A DNA stretch of 64,000 nucleotides, taken from Gaiella sp. (lineage in GTDB: Bacteria > Actinomycetota > Thermoleophilia > Gaiellales > Gaiellaceae). The position numbers were made by a program, and so were the translations under genes. The stretch spans positions 231 through 64,230 of the forward strand of contig DASXAW010000122.1 of assembly GCA_036406535.1 (NCBI GenBank). Reading direction: 5' to 3'. This document shows, in pieces, positions 60,287 to 64,000 of this stretch (position 1 is its first letter; every line of letters begins with the position of its first letter). The notes below the pieces were generated by a model. The model made no database searches. It saw nothing but the letters and a program-made list of their open reading frames with translations, and was not told the DNA's origin.

Positions 60287-61347
60287 CACCCCGTCTCCAC
60301 GTGGCCGGGAGTCACCGCGAGGAGCTGCGCGGGCGCGAGCGGCAGCGCCTCGGCTCCCGTTGCGGTGACGAGTGTCTGACCGGCGCTGCCCAGCCGCGTC
60401 GAGAGGAGACGCCGGCGGTCCGCGTCGAGCTCGGACAGCGCATCGTCCAGGAGGAGCAGCGGCGGGATCCCGCCCTGCTCCGTGAGCACTCCCGCTTCCG
60501 CGAGCAGCAGCGAGAGGACGGCGAGGCGCTGCTCGCCCTGCGAGCCGAAGGTGCGGAGGTCGCGGTCGCCCGCGAGCACGCGGATGTCGTCGAGATGCGG
60601 CCCGAGGCTCGTCGTCCCACGCTCGAGGTCGCGGGAGAGTCGCTCGTCGAGCGCCGTCCGTGACGGCGCATCGCCGTCGTAGGCGACCACACCCGCTGCG
60701 AGCCCGAGCTCTTCCGCGCGTTCGGCGAACGCGGGAGCGAGCAGCCCGATGACGTGGCGACGTCCCTCCACCAGCCGCGCCGCGAGGTCCACGATCTGCT
60801 CCGTCCATGGCTCGAGCGCATCCCGCCCCGAGACCCCGGCTCCGACTCGCCGGAGCGCGGCGTTCCGTTGGCCGAGGGCGGCAGCGTAGGCGGCGGGGAG
60901 GTCCGCGCGTGCGGGCAGCACCCGCGCCAGGACGCGGTCGAAGTAGGCCCTGCGCGCGGCGGGACCGCCCTTCACCACCGCAAGGCGGTCGGGCGTGAAG
61001 ACGAGCGCGTGCACTCGGCGGCGCAGCTCCTCCGTCGAGGCGACGGGCGCGCCGTCGAGTCGGATGCGCTTCGGGGCGTCGCGGGAGAGGGTCACCTCGG
61101 CGCGCACCTCGACCGCGCCGCGGACCCCGCGAGCCGCAACACGGGCGCCCGTGGCGCCGTTCCGGACGATCTGACCGTCGTGCCGTGTCCTGAACGAAAG
61201 GCCCTGCGTCGCGAGGTGCACCGCCTCGAGGAGGTTCGTCTTGCCGGCCCCGTTCGGGCCCGTCACCAGCACGAGCCCCGGCTCGAGCGAGAGCTCGAGC
61301 GCAGGGTAGGAGCGGACGTCGCGGAGCGAGACCTCACCGACGATCAG
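60286..61347 (-). CDS. recF: DNA replication/repair protein RecF
   Basis: GPNGAGKTNLLEA, GPAARR, GPHLDD, GSQGEQR, LLLDDALSELD. Conserved N-terminus requires the CTG 61347 start. Confidence 0.93.
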
Positions 61348-61386
61348 CTCGCGCGTCCGCCTTTCGGGACGGGCGCCCGCGGGACG

Positions 61387-62514
61387 TCATCCCGCGAGCC
61401 GGATGGGCATGATCAGGTACCAGAAGCTGTCGCCCTCGGCGCTGATCAGGCCCGGCCGCAGCGGGTTGATGAGCTCGAGCTTCACCTCGTCGGCGGTCAC
61501 CGACTCGAGGCCCTCGCGCAGGAACTCCGCGTTGAACCCGATCTCGAGCGGTTCGCCCGAGTAGCGCAGCGCGAGCGACTCGCGGGTCTCGCCGACGTCC
61601 TGGCTCTGCGCGGAGATCGTCAGCTCGCCCTCCTCGAAGCGAAGCCTGAGCGGCGTGTTCCGCTGGGCCATCACCGCGGCGCGGCGGACGGCCTCGAGCA
61701 GCTCGGCGCGGTTCACCTCGAGCTGCACCTCGAAGGACTCCGGCCGCAGCTGCTGCACGTTCGGGAACTGCCCGTCGATCCGCCGGGTCGTCAGCCACGC
61801 CTGGCCCGTGCCGAAGATCACGTGGTTCTCGTTGACGCCCAGCTGGATCTTCTCCGCGCCTGCGGCGACCCGGCCGAGCTCGTCGAGCGCACGGGCGGGG
61901 ATGATCGCCTCGAGCTCCGGGCCACCGCCCTCGAGCTCCGTCTCCTTCACCGACATCCGGTATGAGTCGGTGGCGGCCATCGTCAGCTTCGAGTCCTCGA
62001 ACTGCGCGAGGATCCCCGTGAGGACGGGCCGCGACTCGTCTCGCGAGGCAGCGCGGGAGACACGCTGCACCGTGTCGAGCAACGCCGGCGCCTCCACCTC
62101 CTGCAGCGGGACGTCGACGGACGGCAGCCGAGGGAAATCCTCCGCGGCGAACACGTTCAGCCGGGACGAGTACGATCCCGATTCGAGCGTCGCGGCACCC
62201 TCCTCGGGCTTGTGGGCCAGCGTGACCTCGCCCGCCGGCAGGAGCCGCACGATGTCCCCGAGGAGCTTCGCCGGGACGACGAGCGTGCCCTCTCCCTCGA
62301 CCGTCGCCTGCACGGTCGTCCGGAGCGAGAGCTCCATGTCGGTCGCCTCGAGCTCCAGCAGACCCTCCGTCGCGCGGATGCCGACCCCGCCGAGCACCTG
62401 GACGGTGCCTCGCGCCGACGCCGCACGCGAGACGAGCTGCAGGCCGGCGGCGAGCTCGTCTCGATCGACGGTGACACGGATGTTGGAGCCGACGACGATG
62501 TCGGTTTCCATCAT
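61387..62514 (-). CDS. dnaN: DNA polymerase III beta clamp
   Basis: ATDMEL, DFP, SRPVLTG, ATDSYR, GQFP, IGFN, YLIMPIR. Confidence 0.97.
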   Translation of the reverse strand: MMETDIVVGSNIRVTVDRDELAAGLQLVSRAASARGTVQVLGGVGIRATEGLLELEATDMELSLRTTVQATVEGEGTLVVPAKLLGDIVRLLPAGEVTLAHKPEEGAATLESGSYSSRLNVFAAEDFPRLPSVDVPLQEVEAPALLDTVQRVSRAASRDESRPVLTGILAQFEDSKLTMAATDSYRMSVKETELEGGGPELEAIIPARALDELGRVAAGAEKIQLGVNENHVIFGTGQAWLTTRRIDGQFPNVQQLRPESFEVQLEVNRAELLEAVRRAAVMAQRNTPLRLRFEEGELTISAQSQDVGETRESLALRYSGEPLEIGFNAEFLREGLESVTADEVKLELINPLRPGLISAEGDSFWYLIMPIRLAG

Positions 62515-62725
62515 GTCTTTTCTAAACCTTTCGTAGTAGTGCATAGGGAGTGTGGACGTCGGGGATGACGGAGTGAATCCCTGTGCTCATGCCGCATGGC
62601 GGTGTGGGTCCAGGGTGTCGAGTTCTCCACGGGACCGACAGGGGCGGTGCCGCGGCGGTGCGGCGAGCGGAGCTCATCCACGGTGTTTGATCCGCGCGGT
62701 GAGGTCCTGCACGAGGTTGTACACA
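62515..62725. other. Probable oriC unwinding region
   Basis: DnaA-trio-like CGTAGTAGT..TAG next to tandem degenerate boxes TGTGGACGT (62551) and CGGGGATGA (62560); also TTCTCCACG (62623), TCATCCACG (62674), TTGTACACA (62717); lies between dnaA and dnaN. Confidence 0.75.
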
Positions 62726-64000
62726 GCTCTGTCCTCAGAGATCATCCGCGTGATCTTCGCGTTTGCGTGGAGGACGGTGCTGTGGTCGCGGCCGCCGAAC
62801 TCCTTGCCGATCTTCGGTAGCGAGGCGTCGGTGAGCTCGCGTGAGAGGTACATCGCGACCTGCCGCGGATAGGCGACCGCCTGGGAGCGACGCTGGCTGC
62901 AGAGCTCCTCGACGCTCAGGGAGAAGCGGTCGCAGACCGCCTCCTGGATCAAGGCGATCGTCACCTCCGGCACACCGCCGTTCGAGGGGAAGAGGTCGCG
63001 GAGGACCTGCTCGGCGAGATCGACGTCGAGCGGGAGGCCGGTGAGCGAGGAGAAGGCCACCACGCGTGTGAGCGCCCCTTCGAGCTCGCGGATGTTGGTC
63101 GACACCCGGCCGGCGATGAACGTCAGCACCTCGGGGTCGTGGATCGCGATCCCGTCCGTCGTCACCTTCTTGCGGAGGATGGCGATGCGCGTCTCGAGGT
63201 CGGGCGGCTGGATGTCCGTGATCAGCCCCCACTCGAACCTCGAGCGCAGCCGCTCCTCCAGCGTCGCGATCTCCTTCGGCGGCCGGTCCGACGAGATCAC
63301 GATCTGCCGGCCCGCCTCGTAGAGCGAGTTGAACGTGTGGAAGAACTCCTCCTGGAACCGCTCCTTGCCCTCGAGGAACTGGATGTCGTCGACGAGGAGG
63401 ACGTCGTAGGCCCGGTAGCGGTGCTTGAACCCCTCGATCCGCTTGTCGCGCAAGGAGTTGATGAAGTCGTTGGTGAACGTCTCGCTCGTGACGTAGCGGC
63501 GCGTGAGGCCCTTCGAGTGGTCGCTCACGTACGCGCCGATCGCCTGCAGCAGGTGCGTCTTGCCGAGGCCCGTGCCGCCGTAGATGAAGAGCGGGTTGTA
63601 CGCCTGGGCCGGCGCCTCGGCGACCGCGAGCGCAGCGGCGTGCGCGAAGCGGTTGGACGAGCCGATCACGAAGTTGTCGAACGTGTACTTCGGATTCGCG
63701 CCGAGCTGCGGCTCGGCGGTCGGCGCGGCGAGCGGGGCCGCGGCCGCCTCCGGAGCCTCGGGCTCCTCTGCGACCGTGAGCGCGACCCGGACCTCGTGGC
63801 CGAGCGCGTCACGCGCCGCCGCGCGGAGAAGCCCCAGGAAGTGGCTCTCGATCCACTCGCGCGTGAAGTCGTTGGGAACGACGACGACGAACGCCTCGTC
63901 GCTCAGGTGCGCCCCGCCGCAGGCGGCGAACCACGTCGCGTGGGTGGTCTCGTTGAGGGTCTCCCCCAAACGCCGGGAGACGTCGTCCCAAAGTTGCTCG
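62674..64000 (-). CDS. dnaA: Chromosomal replication initiator DnaA (N-terminus outside window)
   Basis: [45 protein letters not shown]; frame open to the window edge. Confidence 0.98.
   Translation of the reverse strand, partial: EQLWDDVSRRLGETLNETTHATWFAACGGAHLSDEAFVVVVPNDFTREWIESHFLGLLRAAARDALGHEVRVALTVAEEPEAPEAAAAPLAAPTAEPQLGANPKYTFDNFVIGSSNRFAHAAALAVAEAPAQAYNPLFIYGGTGLGKTHLLQAIGAYVSDHSKGLTRRYVTSETFTNDFINSLRDKRIEGFKHRYRAYDVLLVDDIQFLEGKERFQEEFFHTFNSLYEAGRQIVISSDRPPKEIATLEERLRSRFEWGLITDIQPPDLETRIAILRKKVTTDGIAIHDPEVLTFIAGRVSTNIRELEGALTRVVAFSSLTGLPLDVDLAEQVLRDLFPSNGGVPEVTIALIQEAVCDRFSLSVEELCSQRRSQAVAYPRQVAMYLSRELTDASLPKIGKEFGGRDHSTVLHANAKITRMISEDRAVYNLVQDLTARIKHRG

Overview
High-GC chromosomal segment, most likely from a deep-branching actinobacterium (Thermoleophilia/Gaiellales-like; inferred from gene content and codon style). 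It ends at the replication origin: dnaA-oriC-dnaN-recF-dciA-gyrB-gyrA on the minus strand. From left to right: sufC (partial); tatA-tatC, an amidohydrolase, a TPR protein and a diheme cytochrome c; an A2-type caa3 oxidase operon with embedded USP-like genes; tRNA-Lys(CTT); glycan genes (GT2, two WecB paralogs, a GT-C protein, WbpA/B/D-like, rmlACDB); cell-envelope hydrolases; a repair neighbourhood (PolX-PHP, DUF1998 helicase, LigD); accDA; an ABC exporter; fabZHDGF; and nfeD-SPFH. No CRISPR array, prophage or transposase was seen. Best leads: two unannotated structured-RNA candidates (an Ms1-like RNA at about 35143-35348 and a 6S-like rod at 4755-4863), USP-like proteins coupled to the oxidase genes, a Zn-ribbon arginase-fold protein, DnaA-like boxes upstream of ligD, repeated apparent CTG starts, and widespread leaderless gene starts. 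All calls were made by eye without database searches.
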